Below are positions 46,677 through 56,721 of a stretch of 64,000 bases of DNA, piece by piece. The notes below the pieces were generated by a model that was not told the origin of the DNA, searched no databases, and saw nothing but the letters and a program-made list of their open reading frames with translations. The stretch is from Candidatus Latescibacterota bacterium (GTDB lineage Bacteria > Latescibacterota > UBA2968): the NCBI GenBank assembly GCA_965116885.1, contig OZ220741.1, positions 5,344,001 through 5,408,000 of the forward strand. The letters run 5' to 3'. Made by a program: the position numbers and the translations under genes. Positions within the stretch are counted from its first letter, which is position 1. Each line of letters opens with the position of its first letter.

Positions 46677-46937
46677 ATGCCAAAAAATAAAACAGAAACA
46701 CCTGCATTTGAAACCGCTTTGAAGCAATTGGAGACGGCTGTAGATCGTTTAGAAGAAGGTGCACTGCCCTTGTCAGAGGCACTAAAAGTGTTTGAAGAAG
46801 GTCTAAAAGCATCCAATCAATGCCGCAGTTTATTAGAAGATGCGCGGCAACAGGTTGAAGTGTTGATACGCGATAGCGATGGTGAATTTGAATTGGTATC
46901 CATAGATTCCAATGGCGAAGGGTTTGCAGGCGAATGA
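46677..46937 (+). CDS. xseB: exodeoxyribonuclease VII small subunit
   Basis: FETALKQLE..V..LEEG.LPL.EAL..FEEG. Confidence 0.92.
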   Translation: MPKNKTETPAFETALKQLETAVDRLEEGALPLSEALKVFEEGLKASNQCRSLLEDARQQVEVLIRDSDGEFELVSIDSNGEGFAGE

Positions 46938-47794
46938 AGTCCATCGGTTTGTTTTCGAACCCGACCCAACCGGGCATGGGCGTTGCGGTCGATCAATTGG
47001 CCCAACGCATCCATCAAAGAGGTATTGGGGTGCTGATCGCCGATAACTTGCGGCAAATTTGTACATCTGATTCCAAATGGTTTTGTCCGGTTGATCAGTT
47101 GCCCACACGCGCCGACATCATTGTGGCAATGGGTGGTGATGGTACCTTATTGCGCGCAGCCGATGTGGTCTATCCGCATAGCACGCCGATTTTGGGCGTG
47201 AACCTGGGGCGATTGGGGTTTTTGTCAGGCGCGGAACCCCGCGAACTGGACGATGGGCTGGATCGGTTGTTATGTGGCGATTATACCGTTGAAGAACGGA
47301 TAGCACTGCACGCACAAACCCACACGCAAAAAGCATTTGCGCTCAATGAAGTTGTAATTGAACGCAGTGTCAAAGCGCGTCTGGTGCAGGTCGTAATGCT
47401 GGTTGAAGGTCGGCCCGTGAGTTCTTTTTACGGCAATGGATTAATTCTGGCAACGCCGACGGGATCCACGGGTTACAGCCTGTCTTCTGGCGGCCCAATA
47501 GTCCATCCAAATTTATCCGTGCTCGTCGCCACGCCTATATGTCCGCATTCGCTGTCTCAGCGTCCAATGGTAATGCCGGGCGATCAGTCGGTAACGATTA
47601 AGGTAATAGCTGATCAATCCGATGAAATTATGTTATCCACAGATGGACGCACTGTGTGTTCGCTTTCCCCTGAAGAACCCGTTACAGTACAACGAGCCTC
47701 CGAACCCGTGCGCTTTATCAATATGCAGGGGTTGACCTTTTACGATTTGTTGCAGCGCAAATTAGACTGGAGTCTGGATCGGCGAGACGAGTAA
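46934..47794 (+). CDS. nadK: NAD kinase
   Basis: GGDGTLL, GVNLGRLGFL, ALNE and ATPTGSTGYSLSSGGP. Confidence 0.93.
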   Translation: MKSIGLFSNPTQPGMGVAVDQLAQRIHQRGIGVLIADNLRQICTSDSKWFCPVDQLPTRADIIVAMGGDGTLLRAADVVYPHSTPILGVNLGRLGFLSGAEPRELDDGLDRLLCGDYTVEERIALHAQTHTQKAFALNEVVIERSVKARLVQVVMLVEGRPVSSFYGNGLILATPTGSTGYSLSSGGPIVHPNLSVLVATPICPHSLSQRPMVMPGDQSVTIKVIADQSDEIMLSTDGRTVCSLSPEEPVTVQRASEPVRFINMQGLTFYDLLQRKLDWSLDRRDE

Positions 47795-47806
47795 AGGAGT
47801 TGCCCC

Positions 47807-49510
47807 TTGTTGTCTCAATTGCATGTGATAAATTATGCCCTGATCGACGATATGGAAGTCGAGTTTGGTAAAGGGTTAAATATCATTACAGGCGAAACCG
47901 GCGCTGGTAAGTCCATTCTGGTCGGAGCATTGGGCCTGATACTGGGTATGCGAGCGAGCCCCGATGTGATCCGCACAGGCGCAAAAAAATGCACAGTAGA
48001 AACCATTTTTGAACTCTATCTTCAACACCCGGCACTCAAACTCCTGAATGACATGGGCATTGAAACAGAAAATGGTGAGCTAATTTTGCGGCGGGATGTA
48101 CTATTAGAAGGGCGCAGTCGGTGCTACGCCAATGGCCTGTCCATTCCCGTGCGTACACTGCGAGAATTGGGCCGCGCGCTGGTCGATTTGCACGGTCAAC
48201 ACGACCATCAATCGCTTCTAAATATCGATCAGCACCTGAACTTTTTGGACGGTTTTGGCGGCTTGCAAACAGCACGCGCACAGGTCGAAAAATCATATCA
48301 TCAAGTGGTGCAATTACAAAATCGGCTGATCGAAAAAACTGCCGTTGCCCAGCGCCAGCGAGAAAGGCGTGAACTACTGGACTTTCAGATCAAAGAAATC
48401 CATGCGGCAAAACCAGATCCCGGCGAAGACGAACGCCTACAACGCGAACAGTCCGTGCTTTTGCATGCAGAACGACTACTCGAGATCGCCTATCAGATAG
48501 AACAGGTGCTTTATGAAGGCGAACAATCCGTGGCCGATCAACTCGGCGAAGGCGCGCACCTCCTGAACGAGGCCGCACAAATGGATAGCGGCTTAGAGCC
48601 AATAGCTGAAGAACTCAATGGTCTGAGGTACGGTGCAGAGGAACTGGCCCGCGCCTTTGGCGATTATGCCAATCGCGTAGAACACAATCCCCAACGCCTA
48701 TCAGAAGTAACAGAGCGATTAGAAACGCTAAACGCGTTGAAAAAAAAATACGGCGGCGATCTGGAAAGTGTGCTATCCTATGAAAAAAAAGCCCAAAAAG
48801 AATTGGAACTCACCGACGAACTCGAAGAATCCATAAAAAAGATTCAGATCAAAATTGACGATGCAATACAGACATTCACACATTGTTGTGAGAAATTGTC
48901 AAAAGGAAGACACAAAGCCGCTGGCAAATTGTCAAAAGCGATATGCCGCGCCTTGCGCGAACTGGGCATGCCCGATGTGCAATTTGACGTCCAATTGGAT
49001 CGGCGGCCAGATCCCGAAGGCCTGATTGAATGCGATGGTCAGCGATTTGAAGCGGGACCACAAGGCATAGAACGCGGCGAATTTTTTATTTCGACCAACC
49101 CGGGCGAAGCCATCCGTCCGCTGGTAAAAGTAGCGTCCGGCGGTGAAATTTCGCGTATTATGCTCGCGATGAAAACCGTGCTGGCGCATACCGATTCGGT
49201 ACAAGTGCTAATTTTTGACGAAATCGACATCGGAATTTCCGGACGCATTGCAGAGGTTGTAGGCAAAAAATTGCGCGACCTGTCAGAAACGTATCAGACC
49301 ATTTCAATTACGCATTTGCCACAAATTGCAAAAATGGCTGATCGGCATTTTTCAGTCAGAAAAGAAGTGGTTGATCAGCGTGCGGTAACCCGAGTAATTC
49401 CGCTAAACGAAGAGACACGTGCCGACGAACTCGCTTTGATGATGGGCGGCGAAGAGATTTCGGAATTGACCCTGCAACACGCCCGCGAAATGCTGGCAGC
49501 AAAACCGTAA
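47807..49510 (+). CDS. recN: DNA repair protein RecN
   Basis: TGETGAGKS, LHGQH, ASGGEISR, FDEID and ITHLPQIA. Confidence 0.96.
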   Translation: MLSQLHVINYALIDDMEVEFGKGLNIITGETGAGKSILVGALGLILGMRASPDVIRTGAKKCTVETIFELYLQHPALKLLNDMGIETENGELILRRDVLLEGRSRCYANGLSIPVRTLRELGRALVDLHGQHDHQSLLNIDQHLNFLDGFGGLQTARAQVEKSYHQVVQLQNRLIEKTAVAQRQRERRELLDFQIKEIHAAKPDPGEDERLQREQSVLLHAERLLEIAYQIEQVLYEGEQSVADQLGEGAHLLNEAAQMDSGLEPIAEELNGLRYGAEELARAFGDYANRVEHNPQRLSEVTERLETLNALKKKYGGDLESVLSYEKKAQKELELTDELEESIKKIQIKIDDAIQTFTHCCEKLSKGRHKAAGKLSKAICRALRELGMPDVQFDVQLDRRPDPEGLIECDGQRFEAGPQGIERGEFFISTNPGEAIRPLVKVASGGEISRIMLAMKTVLAHTDSVQVLIFDEIDIGISGRIAEVVGKKLRDLSETYQTISITHLPQIAKMADRHFSVRKEVVDQRAVTRVIPLNEETRADELALMMGGEEISELTLQHAREMLAAKP

Positions 49511-49530
49511 AACAGTATAAGGAGCATAGA

Positions 49531-50679
49531 GTGAGACCGATAATTCCCGACGATCTCCGAGACATTGGAGAAAAAGTAAACCTGGGGCAACGGCTTTCTG
49601 CCGAAGATGGCATGCGGCTTTACGAGACGCCCGACCTCAATGCCGTGGGATACTTGGCCAATATCGCGCGCGAACGCCTGTGTGGCAATGTGGCGTGGTA
49701 CGTCCGAAATCAGCACATCAACTATACCAACGTCTGCAACAAACTGTGCCGGTTTTGTTCCTTCTATGTAAAACCAAAAGACGAGCGGGGCTATGTGTTA
49801 TCGCCCGAAGATATTCAAAAGCGCGTATTGGAATACATCGACCTGCCCATTTCTGAAATCCACATGGTCGCGGGCATCAATCCCAAACTCCCCTATTCGT
49901 ACTATCTCGACATCGTGCGCGCCGTCAAAGATGTGCGACCCGATGTGGCGGTAAAAGCATTTACCGCAATCGAATGGGTGCAAATTGCGCGTATTGCAAA
50001 AAAGCCACTAAAGGATGTCATGACCGAATTAAAAGCAGCCGGCGTATCGTCCATTCCCGGCGGGGGTGCAGAAGTATTTAGCGATCGCGTACAGGAAGAT
50101 TTATTCTGGACCAAAGCGGACTCCGAAGAATGGCTCGAAGTGGCGCGCACGGCGCATGAAGTCGGCCTGCCAACCAATGCGACAATGCTATATGGTCATA
50201 TCGAAAACCCACAAGAACGCATCGATCATCTCGTGCGATTGCGCGAATTACAGGACGAGACCGGCGGTTTTTTGACGTATATTCCCCTGTCATTTCATCC
50301 CGAACGCACAGAATTAGAGCATCTGCCTGGGCCGACAGGTATCGCTGATTTAAGAGAAATTGCCGTAGGGCGATTGATGCTGGACAATTTCTACCACATC
50401 AAAACGTTCTGGATTATGAATACCATTGAAATTTCACAGGTAGCTTTGTGGTATGGCGCAGACGATATCGACGGCACAATACAAGAATACGAAATTACGC
50501 GCCGTTCATATTCAGAGACGCGACAGGTACTCACCCGCAAACAACTGGTCGAACGCGTTATAGAAGCCGGACGCGATCCCGTTGAGCGGGATAATCTATA
50601 CAATATCTTATCGACCGACCGAGAGATTGTCGAAGAGACACCTATAGGAATTCCAGGTGAAATTCCAGTAATTTCGTAA
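49531..50679 (+). CDS. mqnE: aminofutalosine synthase (radical SAM)
   Basis: NQHINYTNVCNKLCRFCSF, KAFTA.E, PGGGAE, NATMLYGHIE and GADDIDGT; clustered with mqnC and mqnA. Confidence 0.85.
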   Translation: MRPIIPDDLRDIGEKVNLGQRLSAEDGMRLYETPDLNAVGYLANIARERLCGNVAWYVRNQHINYTNVCNKLCRFCSFYVKPKDERGYVLSPEDIQKRVLEYIDLPISEIHMVAGINPKLPYSYYLDIVRAVKDVRPDVAVKAFTAIEWVQIARIAKKPLKDVMTELKAAGVSSIPGGGAEVFSDRVQEDLFWTKADSEEWLEVARTAHEVGLPTNATMLYGHIENPQERIDHLVRLRELQDETGGFLTYIPLSFHPERTELEHLPGPTGIADLREIAVGRLMLDNFYHIKTFWIMNTIEISQVALWYGADDIDGTIQEYEITRRSYSETRQVLTRKQLVERVIEAGRDPVERDNLYNILSTDREIVEETPIGIPGEIPVIS

Positions 50680-50706
50680 TCTCCCAGAATTCGAACGGAA
50701 AACAAC

Positions 50707-51807
50707 ATGATCGACGACATTGTTGAAAAAGTATATAACGACGAACGCATTTCCACAGATGACGCCATGCGCTTGTTCGCACATCCCAATATAACCGAAT
50801 TGGGCTTGTTGGCCGATGTGGTGCGGCGCCGCAAATGGCCCAAAGACACGGTAACTTATAATATCGGGCGAAATATCAATTACACCAATGTATGCTGGGT
50901 AAGATGCGATTTTTGTGCATTCTACCGCCCGCCGGGATCCGACGAAGGCTATACATTGCCCAGAGAGCAGATCTTTGAAAAAATTGACGAACTCATTGCC
51001 GTGGGCGGCGACGTGTCAAAAGGCAGCGAGATTTTGATGCAAGGGGGATTGAACCCAAAACTGCGCGTGGATTACTACGAAGACCTCTTTTCCTCAATAC
51101 GCAATCGCTACCCGCAAATCCATCAGCACTGTTTATCCGCCACAGAAATTATTTATATCGCGCACATCTCGCGTATGTCACTCGAAAAATGCATTCGCCG
51201 CTTGCGCGATGCCGGGCTGGATTCTATCCCGGGAGCTGGCGCAGAAATTTTGTCGGATGAGGTGCGCGACATCATCGGCTTTCGCAAAGACCGCGTCCAC
51301 GAATGGCTTGCTGTTCATCGCATTGCACACGAATTGGACATGCACACATCGGCGACCATGATGTATGGACATGTCGAAACCATTGAACAGCGAATAGAAC
51401 ATCTGGAACACATTCGCAATTTGCAGGATGAGACGGGCGGATTCACCGCATTTATCGCGTGGAATTTTCAGCCAGATTCCACCGCCCTTGCCAATGACCA
51501 GGGGCGATGGAATGGCATAAAAGCCACCGGATTTGACTATTTGCGAACCATCGCCATCGCGCGCCTGTTTTTGGACAACATCAAAAGTTTTCAAGCATCG
51601 TGGGTAACGCAGGGCGCCAAGGTCGCACAGGTCAGCTTAAAATACGGCGTGAACGATTTTGGCAGCACAATGATGGAAGAAAACGTAGTCAGCGCAGCAG
51701 GCACGAGCCATACGGATACCATGACACTTCAAGAGATGCAACGGCTCATTCGGGATGCGGGATACGAGCCTGTAAGGCGAAATACGCGATATGAGATTTT
51801 GAATTAG
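50707..51807 (+). CDS. mqnC: cyclic dehypoxanthine futalosine synthase
   Basis: RNINYTNVCWVRCDFCAFYR, LMQGG, FIAWNFQ, QASWVTQG and DFGSTMMEENVV. Confidence 0.9.
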   Translation: MIDDIVEKVYNDERISTDDAMRLFAHPNITELGLLADVVRRRKWPKDTVTYNIGRNINYTNVCWVRCDFCAFYRPPGSDEGYTLPREQIFEKIDELIAVGGDVSKGSEILMQGGLNPKLRVDYYEDLFSSIRNRYPQIHQHCLSATEIIYIAHISRMSLEKCIRRLRDAGLDSIPGAGAEILSDEVRDIIGFRKDRVHEWLAVHRIAHELDMHTSATMMYGHVETIEQRIEHLEHIRNLQDETGGFTAFIAWNFQPDSTALANDQGRWNGIKATGFDYLRTIAIARLFLDNIKSFQASWVTQGAKVAQVSLKYGVNDFGSTMMEENVVSAAGTSHTDTMTLQEMQRLIRDAGYEPVRRNTRYEILN

Positions 51808-51819
51808 GGGTAAGTAGCA

Positions 51820-52617
51820 ATGCGTGTGCGTTTGGGCGTGGTGTCATACTTAAACACGCGGCCACTGGTTGAGGAGTTGCGCACGGGCGCGATCGATCGC
51901 GATTTCGAACTGATCTACGACGTGCCCTCGCGATGCGCCGAACGGCTGCACATAGGCGAAACCGACGTGGCCTTAATCCCCGCTGTAGAAATTGGACGCG
52001 GACGAGACCCTTATCGGATTGTACCCAATGTCGGCATTATTTCAAACGGGCCGGTTGGCAGTGTATTTATCGCACTAAACAAAGAACCCGAAGAAATTCA
52101 AACACTTGCCCTGGATCGCGGATCGCGCACATCAGTCGTGCTCGCGCAGATCATCCTGGCGCGACAATTTGGCTGCCGACCACAGGTATTTTTTCATCCC
52201 CCAGATATAGACGCAATGCTCAAACGAGCCGATGCTGCTCTGTTGATAGGCGACCCTGCGCTGGCATTGCCCCACAAACGCTACCGAATCCTGGACCTGG
52301 GCGAAATTTGGACACAGATGACGGGATTGCCCTTTGTCTATGCCTGCTGGACTGGACGCCCCGATGCATTGACGCCATATCACATTGACAAACTGATCGA
52401 AGCCAAAGAAAAAGGCAAGCCCCTCATCCCAAACATCGCAAAAGACTACGCCGCTGAAACCCGCACCTTATCGCCCGCGTTTTATACCAAATATCTAACC
52501 AAAAATATCCTCTACGATTTGGGCGATACCGAACTGGAAGGCTTGAGGCAATTCTATGCTTATGGTGTAGAACTCGGATTGATGGACGCATTGCCAGATA
52601 TTCGTTTTTATATTTAA
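51820..52617 (+). CDS. mqnA: chorismate dehydratase
   Basis: VSYLNTRPL, SRTSV.L, LLIGDPAL and DLGE.W...TGLPFVYA.W. Confidence 0.9.
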   Translation: MRVRLGVVSYLNTRPLVEELRTGAIDRDFELIYDVPSRCAERLHIGETDVALIPAVEIGRGRDPYRIVPNVGIISNGPVGSVFIALNKEPEEIQTLALDRGSRTSVVLAQIILARQFGCRPQVFFHPPDIDAMLKRADAALLIGDPALALPHKRYRILDLGEIWTQMTGLPFVYACWTGRPDALTPYHIDKLIEAKEKGKPLIPNIAKDYAAETRTLSPAFYTKYLTKNILYDLGDTELEGLRQFYAYGVELGLMDALPDIRFYI

Positions 52618-52621
52618 ATGA

Positions 52622-52650
52622 TAAAAACTCGGAGATAAGCCGAGTTTTTA
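52622..52650. terminator. intrinsic terminator
   Basis: TAAAAACTCGG-AGATAAG-CCGAGTTTTTA. Confidence 0.75.
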
Positions 52651-52673
52651 TTTTATTCAAAACTGGAGAACTT

Positions 52674-53927
52674 GTGATGCCCGAAAAAAACAAACCAATT
52701 CGCGTGGGCGTCGTCGGCGTGGGACGCGGGCGATCATTTATGCGGGCAGCAGCACCAACGGGAATGGAACTGGTTGCAATTTGCGATACCTGGGAAGAGC
52801 GACTAAGACCCGAAGGCAAAGCACTCGGAGTATCGACATATGGAGATTACCAGGCATTTTTGGAACACGATATGGATGCCGTAGTACTCGCCAATTATTT
52901 TCACGAACACGCGCCCTTTGCCGTCGAAGCACTGAACGCCGGAAAACACGTCATGAGCGAAACCGCTGCCTGCCATACATTGGGCGAAGGCGTCGCACTT
53001 GCGCGGGCGGTAGAGCGCAGTGGTAAAATTTATATGTTTGCCGAAAATTACCCCTACACGGCGTACAATCAGGAAATGAGGCGGCTCTACCAGAAAGGAC
53101 ACGTAGGGGAATTTAAATACGGAGAAGGCGAGTACGTACATCCCGATCCACCAGAAGTAAAATTGGGGCGCAGTTGCGGGCGCAATCACTGGCGCAACTG
53201 GATTCCCTCGACCTATTATTGCACACACTCGATTGCCCCCGTAATGTACATCACAGATACGCGCCCTGTGAAAGTGAACGGATTTGTCATCCCCTACGAT
53301 TTTGGGGACATGACCAAAACCCTGCACATGAACCGCGCGGATATGGCAGGCGTGATCATCTGCAGGATGGACAATGACGCCGTCATGAAATCCCTTCACG
53401 GCTCGTTGCGCGGGCACGGCAATTACGTCAGAATCCACGGCAACAGGGGCGTAATGGAAAACTGTCGCAACGGCGATAAATATCGGCTGCGCGTATGGAA
53501 AGAGCCGTGGGAAAAGCCAAAAGGAGAACCCGTGGAAACCGTTTACAGACCGGATTTCCCTGTGCATCACGACCGCGCAACACAAGCCGGGCATGGCGGC
53601 GGCGATTTCTTCACCAGCTACCATTTCGCCGAAGCGATTCGCACGGGCGAGCAACCCTACCTCGACGTATATCGCGGCATCGACATGAGCATCGCAGGCA
53701 TTCAAGCGTGGCGATCAGTACTCAGCGATTCGGCACCGATGGAAGTGCCCGATTTTCGTGACGAATCCATAAGAAAAAAATACGAGAGCGACGATTGGTC
53801 GCCCGATCCCACGCGCAAAAAACCGGGACAACCACCGAGCAGTATTCTCGGCGAAATCGAACCGTCCGATGGCGCCAAAGCACTGGCAAAAAAAGTTTGG
53901 GCAAGCCGGGGATACTTTGGACAATGA
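52674..53927 (+). CDS. Gfo/Idh/MocA oxidoreductase (GH109-like)
   Basis: GVVGVGRG, GKHVMSE, YMFAENY, EGEY.H, YCTHS and GHGGGD. Confidence 0.8.
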   Translation: MMPEKNKPIRVGVVGVGRGRSFMRAAAPTGMELVAICDTWEERLRPEGKALGVSTYGDYQAFLEHDMDAVVLANYFHEHAPFAVEALNAGKHVMSETAACHTLGEGVALARAVERSGKIYMFAENYPYTAYNQEMRRLYQKGHVGEFKYGEGEYVHPDPPEVKLGRSCGRNHWRNWIPSTYYCTHSIAPVMYITDTRPVKVNGFVIPYDFGDMTKTLHMNRADMAGVIICRMDNDAVMKSLHGSLRGHGNYVRIHGNRGVMENCRNGDKYRLRVWKEPWEKPKGEPVETVYRPDFPVHHDRATQAGHGGGDFFTSYHFAEAIRTGEQPYLDVYRGIDMSIAGIQAWRSVLSDSAPMEVPDFRDESIRKKYESDDWSPDPTRKKPGQPPSSILGEIEPSDGAKALAKKVWASRGYFGQ

Positions 53928-53937
53928 GGGTTTAGCC

Positions 53938-54330
53938 ATGATTGAAATAGCACAAGTAGTACTGGCAATTTACGGCATATTGTTAATTGTCGGAGGGATT
54001 ATTGGGAAGGCAAAATCCGGGAGTTCTGCATCCCTATTCGCAGGCGCAATCTGCGGTATTGTTGCACTCGTTGGATACTGGCAAAGCCTGAGCGATCCCG
54101 CTGTTGGATTTTTGACCGGCGGATTGGTCGGATTGTTGCTCACCGGCATTTTTATGAGCCGATTTGTCCGCACGCGAAAATTTATGCCCGCGGGATTGGT
54201 ACTCCTGCTCAGTCTTCTGGTGGGTATTTTGACAATGATGGCGAGACAGGAATACCTGCTCAATCAGGACAAACCAGTGGAAGAACTAACAAAAAAGGGC
54301 CAGGAACAATGTCCCTGGCCCAACGTCTGA
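53938..54330 (+). CDS. TMEM14-family small membrane protein
   Basis: YGILLIVGGIIG..KSGS.ASL.AG and RF..TRKFMPAGL. Confidence 0.85.
   Translation: MIEIAQVVLAIYGILLIVGGIIGKAKSGSSASLFAGAICGIVALVGYWQSLSDPAVGFLTGGLVGLLLTGIFMSRFVRTRKFMPAGLVLLLSLLVGILTMMARQEYLLNQDKPVEELTKKGQEQCPWPNV
54291..54321 (-). terminator. minus-strand terminator inside the TMEM14 3' end
   Basis: GGGCCAGGGAC-loop-GTTCCTGGCCC-TTTTTT on the minus strand. Confidence 0.65.
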
Positions 54331-54547
54331 AGGGTCACAGCCTGAAAATCAGGCGTTCACCTCCGAGTTAAAATGTTTCACATTAACCTCCTTTCGATAT
54401 GCGCAACTTCGCTTCCGGAAGGCGTTTTGCGCGGTGGATGCCAATATATCGGCAAACCGCACCAACCCGTTGGCCCGGTTACATAAACACCTGAATGGAT
54501 GCAGTTTTTCAGAAACGCAGTGTACTTTTATCGCGTCTTTTCCAACC

Positions 54548-54582
54548 AAAAACGCCTGAGCTATGACGCCCAGGCGTTTTTT
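54548..54582. terminator. bidirectional terminator
   Basis: AAAAACGCCTG-loop-CAGGCGTTTTTT. Confidence 0.75.
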
Positions 54583-54955
54583 AATTTGTAATGGCAATGC
54601 CGTGTTTGCGGCAGAGTTTGCGAAGTTTTTTCACAGCACCGCCTATGGATTTTCCATTTCGCGTAATGCCGAACAGATGCTGGCTGACCACCCTGCGCGA
54701 AATGCCCATAATCTCGGATATTTCCCGCTGGGTCTTGCCGTATTTGAAATACAAAACAGCAGCTTCAAATTGTCTTTGCGTAAGCGATTGATTTAAGAGC
54801 GTATCGATCTGCGGGAAGAGACGCCCAACCCGATCTTCATGTTTATAGCGCAAATTCTGGTCTTCGGGCGACTCGTACCACAGGCCAACATCATCCGGCA
54901 TCATTTCCAGGTCTGATTGATCTAATTGAACTTCCCAAAAATCAGGATTATACAT
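54581..54955 (-). CDS. sigma70 region-4-like HTH protein
   Basis: LTQRQFEAAVLYF.YGKTQREISEIMGISRRVVSQHL; no sigma region 2 visible. Confidence 0.75.
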   Translation of the reverse strand: MYNPDFWEVQLDQSDLEMMPDDVGLWYESPEDQNLRYKHEDRVGRLFPQIDTLLNQSLTQRQFEAAVLYFKYGKTQREISEIMGISRRVVSQHLFGITRNGKSIGGAVKKLRKLCRKHGIAITN

Positions 54956-55076
54956 ATGTCCGTTCGTCTCCTCCAGGGAATGAATATGTCGGGCGAAAAA
55001 CCACCATACATACCAGACCCGCGGCTCCGGAGGGACGATAAAACTGCGACGGACAGATAGTGAATGACCGAAGCAG

Positions 55077-55139
55077 CTATCTCACCGGAGGCGAACCGGG
55101 TATGTTATTAGTCGTAACTGCGAAAATTAAAGCCATCAT
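55077..55139 (-). CDS. putative leader peptide (M)MALIFAVTTNNIPGSPPVR
   Basis: AAAGGGGG RBS; lies between the promoter and the HTH gene; its 3' half is complementary to the downstream leader. Confidence 0.5.
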   Translation of the reverse strand: MMALIFAVTTNNIPGSPPVR

Positions 55140-55181
55140 GTTGCCCCCTTTCAAATAGACATACGTAAACGATCACCCGCA

Positions 55182-55210
55182 ACACTACGGGAATCTCACT
55201 GCATTGTCAA
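55182..55210 (-). promoter_or_regulatory. sigma70-type promoter
   Basis: TTGACA-N17-TAGTGT. Confidence 0.6.
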
Positions 55211-55261
55211 GACATACCTCTTCGCCCTTACACCGGCATGGATGCACTTTTGCGCGCTCTA

Positions 55262-56593
55262 TCAAAAAGATTTTTTCTTTCTCAATTCATCCCACCAATC
55301 CATAAGCGCGCGAATGTGTTTTTCATAACCGCGATCTGTGGGATGATAATAGGTGCGGCCTCTCAAATTATCGGGAAAATATTCCTGATCAATATAGCCA
55401 TCCGGATCGTCATGTGCATATTGATACCCCTTGCCGTAATCGAGATCTTTCATAAGCTTTGTCGGCGCATTGCGAATATGCAGGGGCACGGGCAAATTGG
55501 GATGTTTCTCAACATCGGAAAGCGCGCTATTATACGCGGCATAAACGGCATTGCTCTTGGGAGCTGTCGCGAGATAAACCACCGCCTGAGCAATGGATAG
55601 ATCGCCCTCGGGACTGCCCAGAAAATCGTACGCCTCGCGGGCATTGAGCGCAACTTGCAAAGCGCGCGGATCAGCAGCACCCACATCTTCAGAAGCAAAG
55701 CGAATCATACGCCTCAAAATATAATGCGGATGCTCACCCGACGCCATCATACGCGCGAGCCAATACAGTGAGGCCTGTGGATCACTGCCGCGGAGACTCT
55801 TGTGAAAAGCCGAAATAATATTGTAGTGCTCTTCCCCTGTCTTATCGTAAAGATGAGCCTTGCGACCGAGAATTTCGCGCACCGTTTCGGGCGTGGGTTC
55901 GCAACCTGTAGCCTCAACAGCCGCAGCAACGGTTTCAAGCGCGTTGAGAGATCTGCGGGCATCGCCCTCCGCAGTTTCGGCAATGAGATCCAAAGCCTGG
56001 TCATCAATCTGCAAATCGGGAAACCCGTGTTCCGAATCGGCAATTGCGCGGTCCAGCACCTGGCGAATATGGGACGTATCGAGCAAATTGAGCACAAAAA
56101 CGCGCGTGCGTGAAAGCAGGGCTGAATTGACCTCAAAAGAAGGGTTCTCAGTAGTAGCACCAATAAGCGTAATAACACCATTCTCCACATGGGGCAGAAA
56201 AGCATCTTGCTGCGCCTTGTTAAAACGGTGAATCTCATCCACAAAAAAGATAGTGCGCTTACCCAAACGTCGCTCTTCTCGCGCCCGCGCAATAATCTCC
56301 CGCGCCTCCCGGATACCCGCAGTAACCGCGCTAAAAGACACAAATCGGCTCTCCGTCGTACCGGCAATAACCCGAGCCAGCGTCGTCTTGCCCGAACCCG
56401 GCGGACCCCAGAAAATCATGGACGGCAAGCGGTCGCTCTCGATAAGCACGCGAAGGGGCGCACCCGGTCCAACGAGATGATCCTGCCCCACAATATCGTC
56501 CAGCACCTGGGGACGCAGGCGCTCAGCCAGAGGCGCGTCTGCCATCTCCTGCTCGGCTTGCAACACGGGTTTAATAAAAAGGTCTTCATTCAT
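55262..56593 (-). CDS. rarA: replication-associated recombination protein A
   Basis: PLAERLRP, WGPPGSGKTT, DEIHRFNKAQQD, ISAFHKSLRGSD and APKSNAVY. Confidence 0.95.
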   Translation of the reverse strand: MNEDLFIKPVLQAEQEMADAPLAERLRPQVLDDIVGQDHLVGPGAPLRVLIESDRLPSMIFWGPPGSGKTTLARVIAGTTESRFVSFSAVTAGIREAREIIARAREERRLGKRTIFFVDEIHRFNKAQQDAFLPHVENGVITLIGATTENPSFEVNSALLSRTRVFVLNLLDTSHIRQVLDRAIADSEHGFPDLQIDDQALDLIAETAEGDARRSLNALETVAAAVEATGCEPTPETVREILGRKAHLYDKTGEEHYNIISAFHKSLRGSDPQASLYWLARMMASGEHPHYILRRMIRFASEDVGAADPRALQVALNAREAYDFLGSPEGDLSIAQAVVYLATAPKSNAVYAAYNSALSDVEKHPNLPVPLHIRNAPTKLMKDLDYGKGYQYAHDDPDGYIDQEYFPDNLRGRTYYHPTDRGYEKHIRALMDWWDELRKKKSF

Positions 56594-56721
56594 GGGTCTC
56601 ACCTCTCGCAGAATATACTCAGATTCCCCTACTTTCGCCAATACTCGGAAAAGTGCTTGTAGATGCGACTGGATTCGCTATTTTGAAGCCTACTCTCCCA
56701 TCCCAATCATGAAAGGACCTT

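Noticed and set aside
42114..46937. Absence of pheST after rplT and of ispA/dxs after xseB as gene loss
   Set aside because: The genes may simply be elsewhere in the genome; this cannot be judged from one window.
54349..54597. 82-aa minus-strand ORF
   Set aside because: Crosses a terminator and lacks an RBS at its start; only the last 10 codons have one.
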